Assembly (NCBI RefSeq): GCF_009914755.1
Contig: NC_060928.1
Length of the DNA stretch: 64,000 bases
Origin: the human T2T-CHM13v2.0 reference genome, Homo sapiens
Strand: one strand, 5' to 3'
This document shows, one piece after another, positions 29,725 through 43,570 of this stretch; position 1 is the first letter of the stretch, and the number at the start of each line of letters is the position of its first letter. Made by a program: the position numbers and the translations under genes. Below the pieces are notes generated by a model. That model was not told the origin of the DNA. It worked only from the letters and a program-made list of their open reading frames with translations, and did no database searches.

Positions 29725-30884
29725 TACTTCATCTGTAAAATTGATATAATAATGGTATCTATGTTATAGGACTATAAGAAAGACGAAACATAATATAGCT
29801 ATAAAGTGCTTTCAAAAGTTTCCAATGTCTACTAGGTGCTATAAAATTGTTTGCTACTATTAGCATCGTTATTAATTTGCTACTCAACATAGCATACACT
29901 TGCATGAAGTATAGCATACACTGTCACGTTTTCATCATTAGTCAGTTTCTTTTAAATATATATAATCCCCTCTGCCAAAAAAAAAAAAAAAAAAAAAAAA
30001 AACCCACTCCCTTTTCATTCCAACCATGGAAAGTCATAATGACCTTTCAGGGTACAGCTCTGAATTCATCATCTATGAAATGCCTTTTCTAACTCACTTC
30101 CCTTTTCTTCCTACAGTCCCATGTATACCATCCTCCTACAACTTTTATTAACACTAATCTCATTGTGGGGCCACTGATTATTGGTTGCTACCTCCAATGC
30201 TTGAGTCCTTCAAGGACTTAGATTTTTATCACTTTTTTTTGTATGTGTTTGTAGTACTTTGCACAATACCTGGCACATTTTAGAGGCCAATAACATATTT
30301 TTTTTAATTTCTGAGAAAATGGATGTTAGCACATATGCATTGTATTGATTTAGTAGCAATGCAGGAATAAAATGAGCCACAATAGCACTCAAGCTGGAAC
30401 AGCTGAACTTTCTTTGCTTGAGTAGAATCTAGAACACTCAAAACTTCTCAAAATTTTCAGCATCAGCCTGTGACTCAAAGACTAAGGTTTTTGAAATCCA
30501 AGTTAAATAGCTGTCCTTGGTTTTCGTGGGGAGGCACTGCTAATGAAAACTAGATGCTATTCTTCATAAATCACTTTGTCCTTCTACAAGTTCCTTTGGG
30601 CTCTAACAGGCTGTAATTCTAAGCCAAATTCAAGCAGAAGCTACTGAAAATTGAACATTGCTCCTAGTTTCATGGTTTTTATCTTGTTCCTTTAATAAAT
30701 AATTGAATAAAGACAATCCTGAGGAAAAAAAAAGGGCTGAAAGAGTACGGTTCCTTGACATCTGTTCAAATCTTGTGCCTCATTTTCATATCCAGCTGAT
30801 TATTTTTAGTCTGTGTTTCCACAGACCTGGTTATCTTCTTACTCTAATACTCATAAATGAACAATGATAATGACAACAAAACTT

Positions 30885-31460
30885 TCCATTTGTGTTTATT
30901 TATTAAACAAATTTTTTTGATCACCTGCACTGTTCTAAGCACTGAAGAAATAGTAACAAACAAAACAGACAAAAATAAAACAAAACAAATACACAAAGGC
31001 TCACCTGCCTTTATGGAGCTCACATACCAGGAGGGTGAGATAGATAACAAATAAATAAATGCGTAAGATGTTATATGGTGATTAGTATTGTGGAGAAAGG
31101 TAGGAAAAAAAAGCAGCAAGAGAATATAAAGTCCTCAGGGTCCAGGGAGTGTAAACTTTTAAAATAGGGAAAAATAGAGAAAGCCTTACTGGGAAGAAGA
31201 CATTTGAAGAAGTACCTGATATAGATGAAAGGATGAAGCAGAAGGTATCTCAAGAATGGCATATCAGACAGAAAATACTAAGTCTTTGAGATGGAGTACG
31301 TCTAGAACATTTCAGGAACATCAAGAAACCAAGGTAGTGGGAACAGGAATCTCTAAAAGAAGAAAGTGGTAGCAGATGAGGTCAGAGAGATAACAGGGAG
31401 CTAGGCTTAGGTCATGGTGAGGTTGCTGGATTATACCCTGTGTGAGATGAAGACATACTA
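30885..31460 (-). mobile_element. L2 3' end
   Basis: tttatttattaaacaaatt..., cctgcctttatggagctcacat, gaagacatttga motifs. Confidence 0.75.
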
Positions 31461-31499
31461 GAGGTCTTTGAATATATTTTTAGAGATTTCTGTGTACAC

Positions 31500-32600
31500 A
31501 TCTTGAATGAAGACCTTTATATTATACCATGTCCTCAGTAGGAATAACACACAGGGCCAGGAACCAAGAGATGGAAGCAGGTATGGCTCTCTTACTATAA
31601 TTCCCAATGACCCACTCAGAAAATTTGAGCTTCCTGTACATGCAATGCTATGCTGTGCAATATTACAAGTCCTCATCTTCAAAAGGGGAACATTCCCTCA
31701 AGGGACCAAAGCAAGGGTTAGATATGGAGCTATGGCTATGCCCGGGCACTTTAGGTTCCTACTGTCTAGGGATCATAGGGAAAAAGAAGACTCATTTTCT
31801 AAAGCTAAAATGGAGTATGTTTGGTGCCCACATGATCCACTAGCCCAGTGGTGTTGACAAATGCACAAGTACCAAAATTCTGGCCTGAGAAGAGCATAGT
31901 AAGAAACTATGGGGCTCATATTCCTCCAAAGCAGGGTCTGGGCTTTGCCATAGGTAAGCCTCCAAGTTCAGCATAGGTGCCAGCTACAGGTAAAGGTGAT
32001 ATAGGTTAAGTCATGGAGAATGGATATAATGAGTTTCATCTGTGGTCCTAAGACTAACTGCATGGGAAGAATTGTAGCTCTTCTCACTAACATTACTCTT
32101 TTAATTTACCTCTCAGGAACCTAGGAGATGTTATACCCAAATGAATATAAAAAGGTGAATGTGAGCGGCACAAGGGGTGGACTTCAGAAGAAATAGTGAT
32201 GAATCCCCAAGATGTCCTTCTTGGGAAAAACATATTGCCTTAGCTTCTGGAGGTGCTGAGGTCATAGCCTTCAGGTGTCAGAACCTTCAAGTCTTGTCTC
32301 AAGAGATCCATCTTGCTCAAAGTCATCCTCTTCCCAGGGCAATCTATTAATAATGGCTGGTTGAGGTGGGGTCTGTGAAGGTCCAGCTATTTCAGCCTAA
32401 GAAAGGAAAACATTAGGGGCCATTTTATTACCAGAGGCTCCTGTGGGTTGACTTGAGGTTATAAAGCCTACATCTCAACTCAACATCTCCCTCTGCCTGA
32501 TCCTACTTTCTTTCCACAGCTGTTGATGATGACAAGGGCACTCCATAATAAATATTCTTCTTGATGAACTCTGTCTCGGAGTCTACTTCCTAAAGAACCA
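31500..32600 (+). mobile_element. ERVL internal fragment plus LTR16-like 3' LTR
   Basis: ERVL-type polypurine tract aaggggtggac at ~32172, then an LTR ending aataaatattc...ctctgtctcggagtctacttcc. Confidence 0.6.
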
Positions 32601-33579
32601 CTCTTTCAGGGAAGGAGGTGCCTACTGTCTCATGAATGGCTCTTTTGTTCTGTTGACCACCGAGATTCATTCCAATAGTCAAATCTTAGAGATGCATGGG
32701 TGAATTTGGGTTAGAGAAATCTCAATTGGCCCAGCTTAAAATAGTGAGAAAATGTGAGACTTCCTGGAACTAACGATAGAGGAAGTGAGGAGAGTGAAAA
32801 ATAAGCCAGAGAAGGAGAAACAGATCAGAAAACAGTATTTATACCATTTACTGGTGCTACATGAGGTAAAGCAAACCACTAGAAGAATTCTGGTGGCAGC
32901 ATGATCAGAAGAAGGAGTAACGAGGATGACTGACGTGGGATTTTACATTGTTTGCCTTATGTGCATTGTTCCTTCATTTTATTTAACATCCAGTGAAGTG
33001 TGCCATTTACAGAGATCTTATATGGTAGCTTTTGTAAAAAGGGTCATATCTGAATTGATAAAATACAGAACAGGTAGGAAGCTGATCTATTAATGTATCA
33101 AATATATAGGAATCAGGAACTCAGAGTCATTGGTAACCGTGGTAATATAATCTCCAGTGAAGGTGCTGGTATTTCATCGTATTGAAATCTTAAGCAGTAT
33201 TTGAGTTGTGTCTGTTTACTTGTTTGTTTAATCTTTTAGACAGTGCTTTCTTATGGGTAAGGACAGTGCCCATGATGCAACAAATTGCCAAGCTCATAAT
33301 TAATACTCCTTAAATATTTGTGTAATAAATGTATATGGGCATGAATGACTATATTTAGTTGTACAGATATCTGCCTCCTCATTAAACTATGAACTTTTGT
33401 GGATCAGGATCACTAAAAAAAATTATTATGCAAAGTGCCTAGAACAACGTTTGACTCATAGTAAATGAGTTAATTGATGAATAGAATGCCTAAAAGCTGA
33501 TACACACCAGAGGAAGACACAGGTGCCAAGGATCAATTTATTCTCTCAGCTCTTAATATAATATTCATTGCCTGATCTA

Positions 33580-34290
33580 TAAAACTAGAGATGGGCCTGG
33601 TGAATACAACTTCTTTACTACCTGACACAATGTTAAGCTTTTAAGTAGAGGGTACTGGAGAGACACTGCAGGAGGAAGAGAATTTCCTGGTTCTGATAAG
33701 CTCTCCTGGCAGGATCTTGTAGAGCACTCGGCTTATCCAACTCCTGGATTCTGCAGCACCAAAATTTTCCAATGCTTTGCTCCGACAGCACGTGCAGCTT
33801 CTCCATTGCCCAGCTACTGTAATGCATGATGGTCAACTTCACCCAGTAGCTAGCAACTTCCTGCACAGCCATTCTTCTGTTGGTCTGGTTTATAATTGAG
33901 TGTCTCCAGTAAGACACCTATCTATGAACAGCTTTCTCCAGGACTATACAGGGAAGTTTTCTAACAAGTTTTGGAGAGTAATTACCAGAAAGTTTCTCTG
34001 GCATGGCATCACAGAGAGACTTCTCTGTTATCTAGTGAATGATGGTTGTCCCTTCTATAAGAAGGTCTGCATCTCAGCCCTGAGAGGCTACTCCTTTGGG
34101 CTCTCTATCTCAAACCTAGGGTCAGCCTGCTGCTTATATCTGCTATTTCTGTATACTGTGGACTTCATTCTTCTTGTTGATAATCCTAAATTACTCCAGT
34201 GACCCTTTATAGTTGATGAATCTTCATATTAAACTTATCATGTTCAAATTTCTGTGTGGTTTCTCTCTTCCGATTGGACCCTGCCTGTAT
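33580..34290 (+). mobile_element. Old ERVL-class LTR (family uncertain)
   Basis: End ctgtgtggtttctctcttccgattggaccctg resembles ERVL LTR U5. Confidence 0.4.
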
Positions 34291-34744
34291 GGTAAAATAC
34301 TCAAGACTGAAGGATCAATAACTACTGTGAATTGAGTGTTCTCCTTTCCACATATTTGCCCTCTGAATTCCAGCTGTTTTCCACACAATTTAGAGCACTG
34401 AAAAAAACTTAAAATCTGTAAGAAATTCAGGTTAACTCCCTTTACTCCATAATAGTAATAATATCCAAAGATCAAGTGTCAGCAAATATCAACAAATATG
34501 TTAAATCTGGTGACAATGTTTGTGAATGTTTGGTAAATAAATTCAAATTGTTTGTTTTTTTCTTTAACTTCAGGATTTTCTCACAACCTATATCCTGCCA
34601 ATGTGAAATTTTGAACCTCTAAGAGGTAGATGGATTATTAACATCTTGCAAAAACTATTTAACCATCTTTGTATTTGGAGACTATTTCACCAAACATGTG
34701 CTTCTCAAACACATGTGGAGGAGCTACCTTCAGGATTACCTAGC

Positions 34745-34932
34745 TCGGTGATTCTCATGTGTACTTCAAGGACTAGCATTAACATCACCTATGAACAAGA
34801 TAGAAATGCAAATTATACTGCCTATCCCAACCTACTGAATCAAGAACTGAGTATGGGGCCTAACAGTCTGAATTTTAACAATCCTTCTAGGTGATTATTA
34901 AACACATTAGAATTTTATGAAGTATTGATCTA
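34745..34932. mobile_element. MER5A (hAT-Charlie)
   Basis: catcacct...tagaaatgcaaatt...acctactgaatcaag...ttttaacaa...aggtgatt. Confidence 0.75.
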
Positions 34933-36209
34933 GCTTAATACTATCTTTTTATAGGTGAGAAAACTGAATGTCAGAAAATTTAGAGCATGCCAGGTTCAAA
35001 CAACTTGCAAGTAACAAAACAGATGTTCTGTTTTCAAATGAACTTGCTTTCTGGTTCTTTCTTCTAAGCCTGACCTTTAGTTATGATTGCTTCTGAAACC
35101 TTTGTCTAGCACTTCTCACCATTTTTGGGGTGTATAACAGGGAAACAGAAAATGGATTTGAATAAAGTAAAGATAGTCTTTTTATAGATTTTTAAAAGAA
35201 TACGCAAGTGTTTAAATATGGAATCGCTTCTGAGATGCAGTAAACACTTTGTTTCTAAGGTGCTCAAATGTTACTGTCCGTTGGGTAGAATACAGTATAG
35301 AGAGTTCAAACATGAATGACGTTTGGACTAGAAGAGGTGGTCTTTAGAAGCCATTCACTCATGAAATGTTGTAATTTTATGATCCCATAATATGATGTTT
35401 GCTGTCTTATTGAATAATCTCCCTGCGGGTAGAGATGTCTTTCAAACAGAAATAAAATCCTCCCGGGCTCTGGCTCCTCCCTCCTTTCTCCACGAAGACT
35501 TGTATTTGGCCAGATGCTTCTCCTTTTCATTTTCCATTTAGGTGGCATTTTCAAATATAGAAAACAATTTTGTAAACTCCCTGCCGTTTCTGTTTTGCTC
35601 GGGCTCCACAGAGGCCCAAATAATTTATGGAAAAACAGCACCTGTGTTTTCACCAGGAATGGCTTTCACCACACTGATGAATTTCAAATGAAGGGCATCT
35701 ACCTCATTCAAGTTAAATGGAAAGCAAGTTCTCTCTCCATTTCCAGAAATTGATTGCAGAATGTGCTTGAAAACTATTTTCTTGCCCCATAAAAACATTA
35801 GGCCAAATGTAAACATGTTAGACCAGGCTATACCCTCTGAGGGGAAGGAAGACAGTAGGTTCAAACAATTTTTTCAAAGAAAGAAATTCTGGGGTTATTT
35901 TTTGAGGATTTCTCCAAATTGATTGATTCATTGTTTCATTTATTCATGCAGCAAAAGTTTGTGGAACATTTATTCACTAAATATTAATTCATTTGCCACG
36001 TATTCTGTAAAGAGCCTTTCTAAGAAATAAGAATATTTTACAGGGAGCAGAGGCCTATTAAATTTTTAGGTCAGCATGGAAGATTGAGCATGAGTTTATC
36101 ATTTATCTCTTCTTTCATCTAAAATAAGAATCAGCAAACTATGATCTGTGAACCATTTTTTTGTAAATAAAGTTTTATTGAAACACAGCCACACTGTTTA
36201 TGTATATAT

Positions 36210-36894
36210 TATTTCAGAGTGTTCTGTTTATTTTTCCCTTTGATTTTCTTTTTTCTCTGTGTTTTATTTTGGATAGTTTCTATTGGTATGTCTTTGTGTT
36301 CACTAATCTTTTCTTCTGCAACGTTAAATCTGCAATTGGTCCAATTCATTTATATATTTTTTTAATTTTTCACATAGCTTTATTTATCTCTAGAAGTTAG
36401 GCTTAAATTTTAATTAGTATCTTTTGTGTCTTGAGTTTACTTTTTGAATAAGCAGAGGAGGACACTAAATTAGTTCTATAATATATTATTTTAATAATGT
36501 AAATAATATGTTATATTATAATAACCTATTTAGTGTCCTCTGTTTCAATATCTGTGCTACTTCTGAGTCAGTTTAAATTGATTTGTCTTTTTTTCCTCTT
36601 TATGGATCATATTTTCTTTTTTGCATGCCTAGTAATTTTTAACTGGATGCCAAACATTGTGAATTTTATCTTGTTAAGTGATTAATAGTTTTGTCATCCT
36701 GTAAATACTCTTGAGCCTTCTTCTGAAATGCAGTTTAACCATCCGAGGCCAGGGAAAGTGCCATCCAAGAGAATTAGAGGGTACATACCTGGTACTCAAT
36801 ATAAAGGACCAGGAATAGTGTCTGTTTCCTCCTAGCCAGACTCAAAAATTATTAGTTCATGGAGCACTAGTTAGCAGCACAGAGCTTAGAGTTA

Positions 36895-36942
<48 letters not shown>

Positions 36943-37460
36943 TGAGGCCAAGGCCCGTTGTACCCTATCCAATTCTCATTGAATCCTGAGGCTTTTACAG
37001 TCTGGCTGGTGAGAACAGGCACTATGACTGTATTAGCTCAGGACACTGTTTTATTTAACCCTAAAAGGTGGCTCTTTCCTTGGCCTTTGGTAGTTTCCTC
37101 ATGTGCATTTGCTTCTCAGTACTCAGCTGAACATCTGCAGGGTACCTTCTGCTGGTTTCTGCAGAGCTCTCTGTGTGCACCTTCCATCTCCCTAGTAGTC
37201 TGTCTTGTGAACCCTAGCTATTTTGCTTTCCCTGGACTCTCAGTTCTGCTCCTCTGCTCAAGGAGTACACATAGCTCTATCTTGGTTCTCCTACCCTGGG
37301 CCTGAAAAACTAGCAAGGTGAGGCAATTATGTACTCATCTCTTTTATTTTGCATCTGTCAGAGAGCCATGTCCTGTCTTGCCCCATGCACAGTGTTTTTA
37401 AAATTGTAATTCCATGTATTTTGTCATTTAAAAAACGTGTTTGTTGTTTTACACAGGAAG
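36210..37460 (-). mobile_element. Old L1M ORF1/5' region fragments
   Basis: ttcactaatcttttcttctgc, tttgcatgcctagtaattttt, ctggatgccaaacattgtgaatttt motifs. Confidence 0.6.
36896..36941. repeat. (TTA)n microsatellite
   Basis: Directly visible. Confidence 0.9.
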
Positions 37461-39663
37461 TTAAATCCAGCCCCTGGCAGAGTAGAGGTCTTGGAATGAT
37501 GTGGAAAAGAGCGTGGACTTCATGCTGAGGAAGTGAAGCATTCTTCAGTCCAGAGTTGCCCACTGTGTGCACCAAATGTTGATGATTGCCTCTGGCCATG
37601 GGCAAATTTATCTGTGTGCTCCTGAGTTCTACATTGATATTATTTTCTATGGGCCCTGAAATGAAAACTTCAGGGAAAAGCTTTTCTTAGACGTTAGGGT
37701 TTTAAAGATAGTTCTTAAGAAAAGTAATGGGGACATGCCTGGTAGTAGAAAGAACAGATGTGTAGTAAGGTGAAAAGTGATTAAGGGGGAAGAGCAGTGG
37801 AGTGAGGAATGAAAGTTTAAAGGCTTGTGATATGATCAAGAGATCATTTTCAGTCTAGCAGATAATCAGAAAAGTAAAAACCTAAGATATTTCTTATTTT
37901 AAATTTTTTTAAAGAAGAGCTCAAGCAACACAGTGGGAGTTTTTTGAGGCAGGTGGACAACATACTCAAATGAATAGCTGATTTTATTTCATACATGAAG
38001 GAAAATAGCCAAAAATGTTCATCAAATGAGATAAAAGCCTGTGAATGATTATCCCTAAGGAATTCTTCCACCTGCTGGCCCTTGGAGAACTAGATTGCCT
38101 CCTTTTAAAAATCCTCAACAGTTGTTCAAAGATCTGGCAAATTCATTATCACCTCTAATAGCTTCTAATTAAACTGTTATAGTAAAGCTGTAGGATTTTT
38201 TAAAAGTCACCCATGCACAATAACACCTGTTAAGTGTTCTCACATGTTGAGCCCAGATTCAGAAAGAGTACACACCTGCTCTATGGCATGCTATCTTACC
38301 TCAAATACAGGCACTCAGACGGTTCCTTCAGGAAGGGACCTCTGAGACCAGAGACTGCTGGGGACATGGTGGGCATCCTCTTTCCAGCAATACTCAAATA
38401 GGAACTGGATGACTTTCCCGAAGTGTCTACAGCAAAGAACACTCTATTATTCATTTAAGCTGTCAAGTTGTGGTGTTTCTGACAAGCTGTGGCAAATATG
38501 TAGAGACCTAATGAAAAACACAATATCATTATGCTTACCCAGTGCCTTATAACTCAAAATGCAAGTCCATGTGATGAATTTAATCAGGCATTAACACATG
38601 ATTGAGTTCTTATGATGTTCCTGATACTTTGCTTAGTAGTGGGATAGAAAGGTGAGATCATTAACCTCACAAACCTTGGAATGCAGTGGAGAAGGAAGAG
38701 CCTCTACCCATAGGACACTGAGCTCATTTGATTTGGTTTCTGCCCCCCCACCCCTAGCCTTTTCAGGAGGGCAGGGCAGGTGTTCTTCACACTTTTACCA
38801 CAGTGTCAGTGCTTGGCCAACGTCTTATAGTTTATAAGTGGCCAAATCTTGGACAATCCTCTGGTTATTTGGGATCTTCCCCTTGATCTCTTTCCTCCAC
38901 AGCAGACTTTCAACAATTCTATGTTCCTCAGAATATCCTGTCTCTCTCAGCAGAAGGTTCTAGAACATAATTGCTAGGCCCAGATTCATGAAAAAGGTGG
39001 CAGCTGGCATTTTCCATCAAGGGAGCTTTTTAATAATGAATAATCCCATGATATATTTATCTTCTTTAAAACTATTGCAATTCAGACTGAAGAATAACAA
39101 CAATTCTCTGTCCCTCATGAAACCAGTAATTAATTGCAATGAGGACCTAAGGTTGCCACCTTACATGCTGGCATCTAGGAGACCCAGGGGCAATGGAAAC
39201 ACAGGCCTAGTTGCAGTTCTGAGGAAGGGGCTTCTGAGAGCTTCATGGCACAAGACAAGAGAACAATTCTGATTCTTTCAGGGTAATTCCCTGTTTCCAA
39301 AAAAGTGAGGAAAAGCACATCCTAAGGGAAGCTGTCTTTGTGAGACGAGTTAGCTCTTAGGCATGACTAAAGTTTGCTGCTTTTCCCATGTTTTCTTTTT
39401 TTTTTTTTTTCTTTTGTTCTGGATGAAGTTTAGAGAAAAAGGAAGGCAGTATTCTTGGCCTTCAGTGGACTGAACCCAGCATGAATTCTACCTCAAAGCT
39501 GAGGTGGCTCAAAATAATATTTCTTGAGTACTTGCATTATTCTATGTTTAGTGCCTACTGCTTTCACATATCAATATCAATATCTATACTTGTACATACC
39601 TTGCGTGTGTGTGTGTATACATACACCTGTACACACACACAGAAAGAGAGGAAGGGTAAAAAT

Positions 39664-39694
<31 letters not shown>

Positions 39695-40074
39695 GCATAC
39701 ATATATATTTACCATGTCACATAGTAATATAATGAAAAGTTTTACAATGTCTCCAAAAATTTGGCATCCGTTCAGTTTTATAGAAGATGAAAATGAAATC
39801 ATTATATAATTATAATAAAAAAATAGGTAACTATGATATGGAGTTCTCTGTATAATAGTCTTTGCTCCAAGCATTCTTTGATACACTAACTCATTTATCC
39901 TTAAAAAAAAAAAAAACCAAAGAAAGCACAGAAACAAAAACAAAACTATGAAATGAGTACTATTAAAATGGTTCCTAATTTTAAAATGAGGACATACTGA
40001 CACAGAGACATTAAAAGACCTGTTCATGGTCCTCACAATTAAAAAGTGGCAGGTTTCTCAGGTGATGAGTGTAG

Positions 40075-41010
40075 GAGAAAACTTTCACAAATTCTGCATC
40101 CGACAAAAGACTAATATCCAGACTCTACAAGGAACTCAAACAAATTAGCAAGAAAAAAAAACAATCCCATCAAAAAGTAGACTAAGAATGTGAGTAGACA
40201 ATTCTCAACAGAAAATATACAAATGGCCAAGAAATATGAAAAAATGTTCAACATCATTAATTATCAGGGAAATGCAAATCAAAACCACAATGCGATACCA
40301 CCTTACTCCTGCAAGAATGGCCGTAATTAAAAATTTAAAAAGTAGTATGTCGGCATGGGTGTGACGAAGAGGGAACACTTTTACACTGCTGTTGGGAATG
40401 TAAACTACTACAACCACTATGGAAAACAGTGTGGAGATTCCTTAAAGAGCTAGAAGTAGAACTACCATTTGATCCAGCAGTCTCACTACTAGGTATCTAC
40501 TCAGAGAAAAAGAAGTCATTATATGAAAAAGACACTTGCACATGCATGTTTATAGCAGCACAATTTGCAACTGCAAAAACATGGAACCAGCCCAAATGCT
40601 CTTCATCAACAAGAGTGGATAAAGAAAACGTGGTGTATATATACTATGGAATACTACTCAGCCACAAAAAGGAATGAAATAATGGCATTCACAGCAATCT
40701 GGATGAAACTGGAGACCATTATTCTAAGTGAAGTAACTCAGGAATAGAAAACAAAACATCGTATGTTCTCATTTATAAATGGGAGCTAAGCTATGAGGAT
40801 GCAAAGGCATAAGGATGATACAATAGATTTGGCAGACTCAAGGGGAAGGGTGGGAGGGGGATGAAGAATAAAAGACTACACATTGGGTAAAGTGTACACT
40901 GCTCAGGTTATGGGTGCATCATCATCACAGAAATCACCACTGAAGAACTTATTCATTCAACCAAACACCACCTGTTCCCCCCAAAACTATTGAAATAAAA
41001 AAAAATAAAA
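40075..41010 (+). mobile_element. L1PB 3' segment
   Basis: ORF 40429-40677 gives [23 protein letters not shown] (ORF2 C-terminus); L1PB 3'UTR aagactacacattggg...aactattgaaataaaa. Confidence 0.92.
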
Positions 41011-41049
41011 GTATTACAAGTAGACCTCAAGAAAAAAGAAATTATCATA

Positions 41050-41460
41050 AGCCTGATAGCTTAAAACAACACAAATTTATTACCTCACAATCTGGAAGTC
41101 AGAAGTCTGAAACGGATCTCCCTGGGCTAAAATCAAGGAGTCAGCAGGGCTGAATTCCTTTCTGGAGGTTTTAGGGGAGAATCTGTTATCTTGTCTTTTC
41201 TGGATTCTAGTAGCTGCCCACATTCCTTGGGTTGTGGTTCCCTTTTTTTTTTCAAGACCAGCAATGGCCAATGGAGTCTTTCTCACATTGCATCACCCTA
41301 AGACTAATTTTCCTGCCTTTGTTTTTCACCTTGTGATTATACTGGGCCCACCATGAAAATCCAGGACAGTCTCTCCATCTCAACATTTATAATTCAATCA
41401 CGGATTCTGAGGTTTAGGATGAGGATATCATTGTGGGTACCATTATTCTGCCTATTACAC
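41050..41460 (-). mobile_element. MLT1C/D-like MaLR LTR
   Basis: gcttaaaacaacacaaatttatt...ctggaagtcagaagtctgaaa...ggctaaaatcaagg. Confidence 0.8.
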
Positions 41461-43455
41461 CAACTAATAGGATATCACTGGGGGATCCTTATTCTGCCTA
41501 TTATACCAAGTATCTGAATGCAGCAGTTTACAAGAGAATACATCAATTTGTCCATATTTTTCAAAATGGAAAATATGTATATTTAACCCAGTAATTCTAT
41601 TTCTGGAGATTTATGCTAAAGAAATATTCACATATGAACATAAAAATATTTACGAAGAAGTTAATTGCAGCACTAACTGGGCAGGCAAACATGGACATGA
41701 TGAGCCTCAGGGCTCAGCAGCAGCAGAGACAGCAGAGATAAGTTACAGCCTGTCCTTGCAAAGGATTCCTGAGCCCCTTCCTATGTCCTCTCCTGGTGAG
41801 TCTTTTGCTCTCTCATTCTGATGCAGCCACAGTGGCATCCTTGCCTCCTCCTCAGTCAGACCATAGCCCTTTGCTCTTCCTCTTCATGCACTTCCCTCAA
41901 ATCTCCATTCAAATGTCACCTTCTCTTTCCCCTTTCCAGACCACATCCTGTGTCCAACTTAGCCATGCTTATCTTTCTCTGCAGCACCTATTTCCAACTG
42001 ACAAGCTGTATATTTACCTATTTATATGTTTGTTTATCTACCTACACTAGAATATAAGCTCTTCAAGGGAAGGAATTTTTCTATACAGACCATTATTTTA
42101 TTTGCAGTACCTGGTATAGCACCGGCATTTACTAGGAACCTAACAGAAATATTTGTAGAATGAATGAGTGGGTGAATGGATATACTCATTAAAAAGAGAT
42201 TAAAAGATGTCTAAGATGAATTGCTTAACGAAAATATTTCTTGAATAACAATTTGTTATGCCATATATATAGATATAGATATAGATATATAGATATATAG
42301 ATTCATTCCTGTAAATACTATTGAAACATCTACATAGCCATACCTAATACATGATACCTAAATGTGATCTGTGGCTTTTGCTATTTACTTTATTATTTCT
42401 GAATTATAATAAACAATAACCATGTATCTTTTCTGTGGTCAGAAAAAAGTTTTAAATGAATTTAAAAAATCTGAATCTAGGTTTATAATCCAAGTCAAAT
42501 GCTGCCTTCTCACTATGTATCAACTGCCTTGGAAAGAAAACTTCATTTTAATTTTTTCTACCTCTCAGATGACTGAGCAAAAATGAAATTCTAAAGAAGA
42601 CATTTGTATCTGTCAGGATCTAGTCAAAATACAGGAACTACTCTTGGTATTTCATACTGAAAAAAATTGTAAGAAAGGAATTGATTACATGAGTGATAGA
42701 AGAAAGAAAATCCAGGCTGGGGTCTGTGAGGAAATAGTGATTAAGTAATGGATGAAACTGACGCTGAGCCTGGGGGGACTAGAGATGATGTATTCTTACC
42801 AGAATCCAAAACTTGGGCCACTTAGCTGAAGTTGCACTCATGATGGATATATGGAGGGAAGTCCTAGACAATGGGACGTAGAACTGCTAAAGATGTGAAG
42901 CTGCTGCTAGAAATGTTACCCAAAGTGGAGAAAGATGGGGAGAGACATCCTCCTTCATGCCCTGCCAGCCGGTGATGTTGTTGTCCAATGACCAAAATTA
43001 CTCAGAAACCAGAAGGCGGGGGAGCCTGGGAAATGCAGTTCCCTGCACTATAGAACAAGGTGAGGAGAGGGATTGAATCTGAGAGGCAGATGCCTGGTGG
43101 GACAGTTGGAAGGAACCAGTGCTAGTCATCAGAAGCCACAACAGAGTACTTAAGATAGCTTGCTATTCCAGTATGCTGTTAATGAAATTCAATTTACATC
43201 CTAGTCATCTTGTCAGTGTCCATCTCTATGTGCATTTTGCTTTGTAATAGAAGTGCAGTGTTCAATTTGCCTACCAAAAAAAAAAAAATACAACCAACCA
43301 AACAAAAACAACCTTTCAGGACATACAAACACTCTCAGTTATAGACATCTTAAAAGCAAGATTCTACATTCTTCGAATATCTTCCACTGTGAATACCAGT
43401 CTGTTTATTCAGGTGAAAACCTATCATCAGGAGAAATAGAGACACATGCACTGTT

Positions 43456-43511
<56 letters not shown>
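43456..43511. repeat. (TCTA)14 tetranucleotide STR, followed by an interrupted (CA)n to ~43600
   Basis: Counted directly. Confidence 0.95.
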
Positions 43512-43514
<3 letters not shown>

Positions 43515-43537
43515 GTCATGTATCTACACAGAGAGCT

Positions 43538-43570
<33 letters not shown>

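Noticed and set aside
39584-40036. Longest ORF in the track (150 aa)
   Set aside because: It runs through MIR, poly-T and (TA)/(TG) repeats, and its low-complexity composition has no domain resemblance.
40429-40747. ORFs with real protein similarity (L1 ORF2p C-terminus; also 8741-8932 and 51157-51450)
   Set aside because: These are fragments of truncated, frameshifted L1 copies and not functional CDS.
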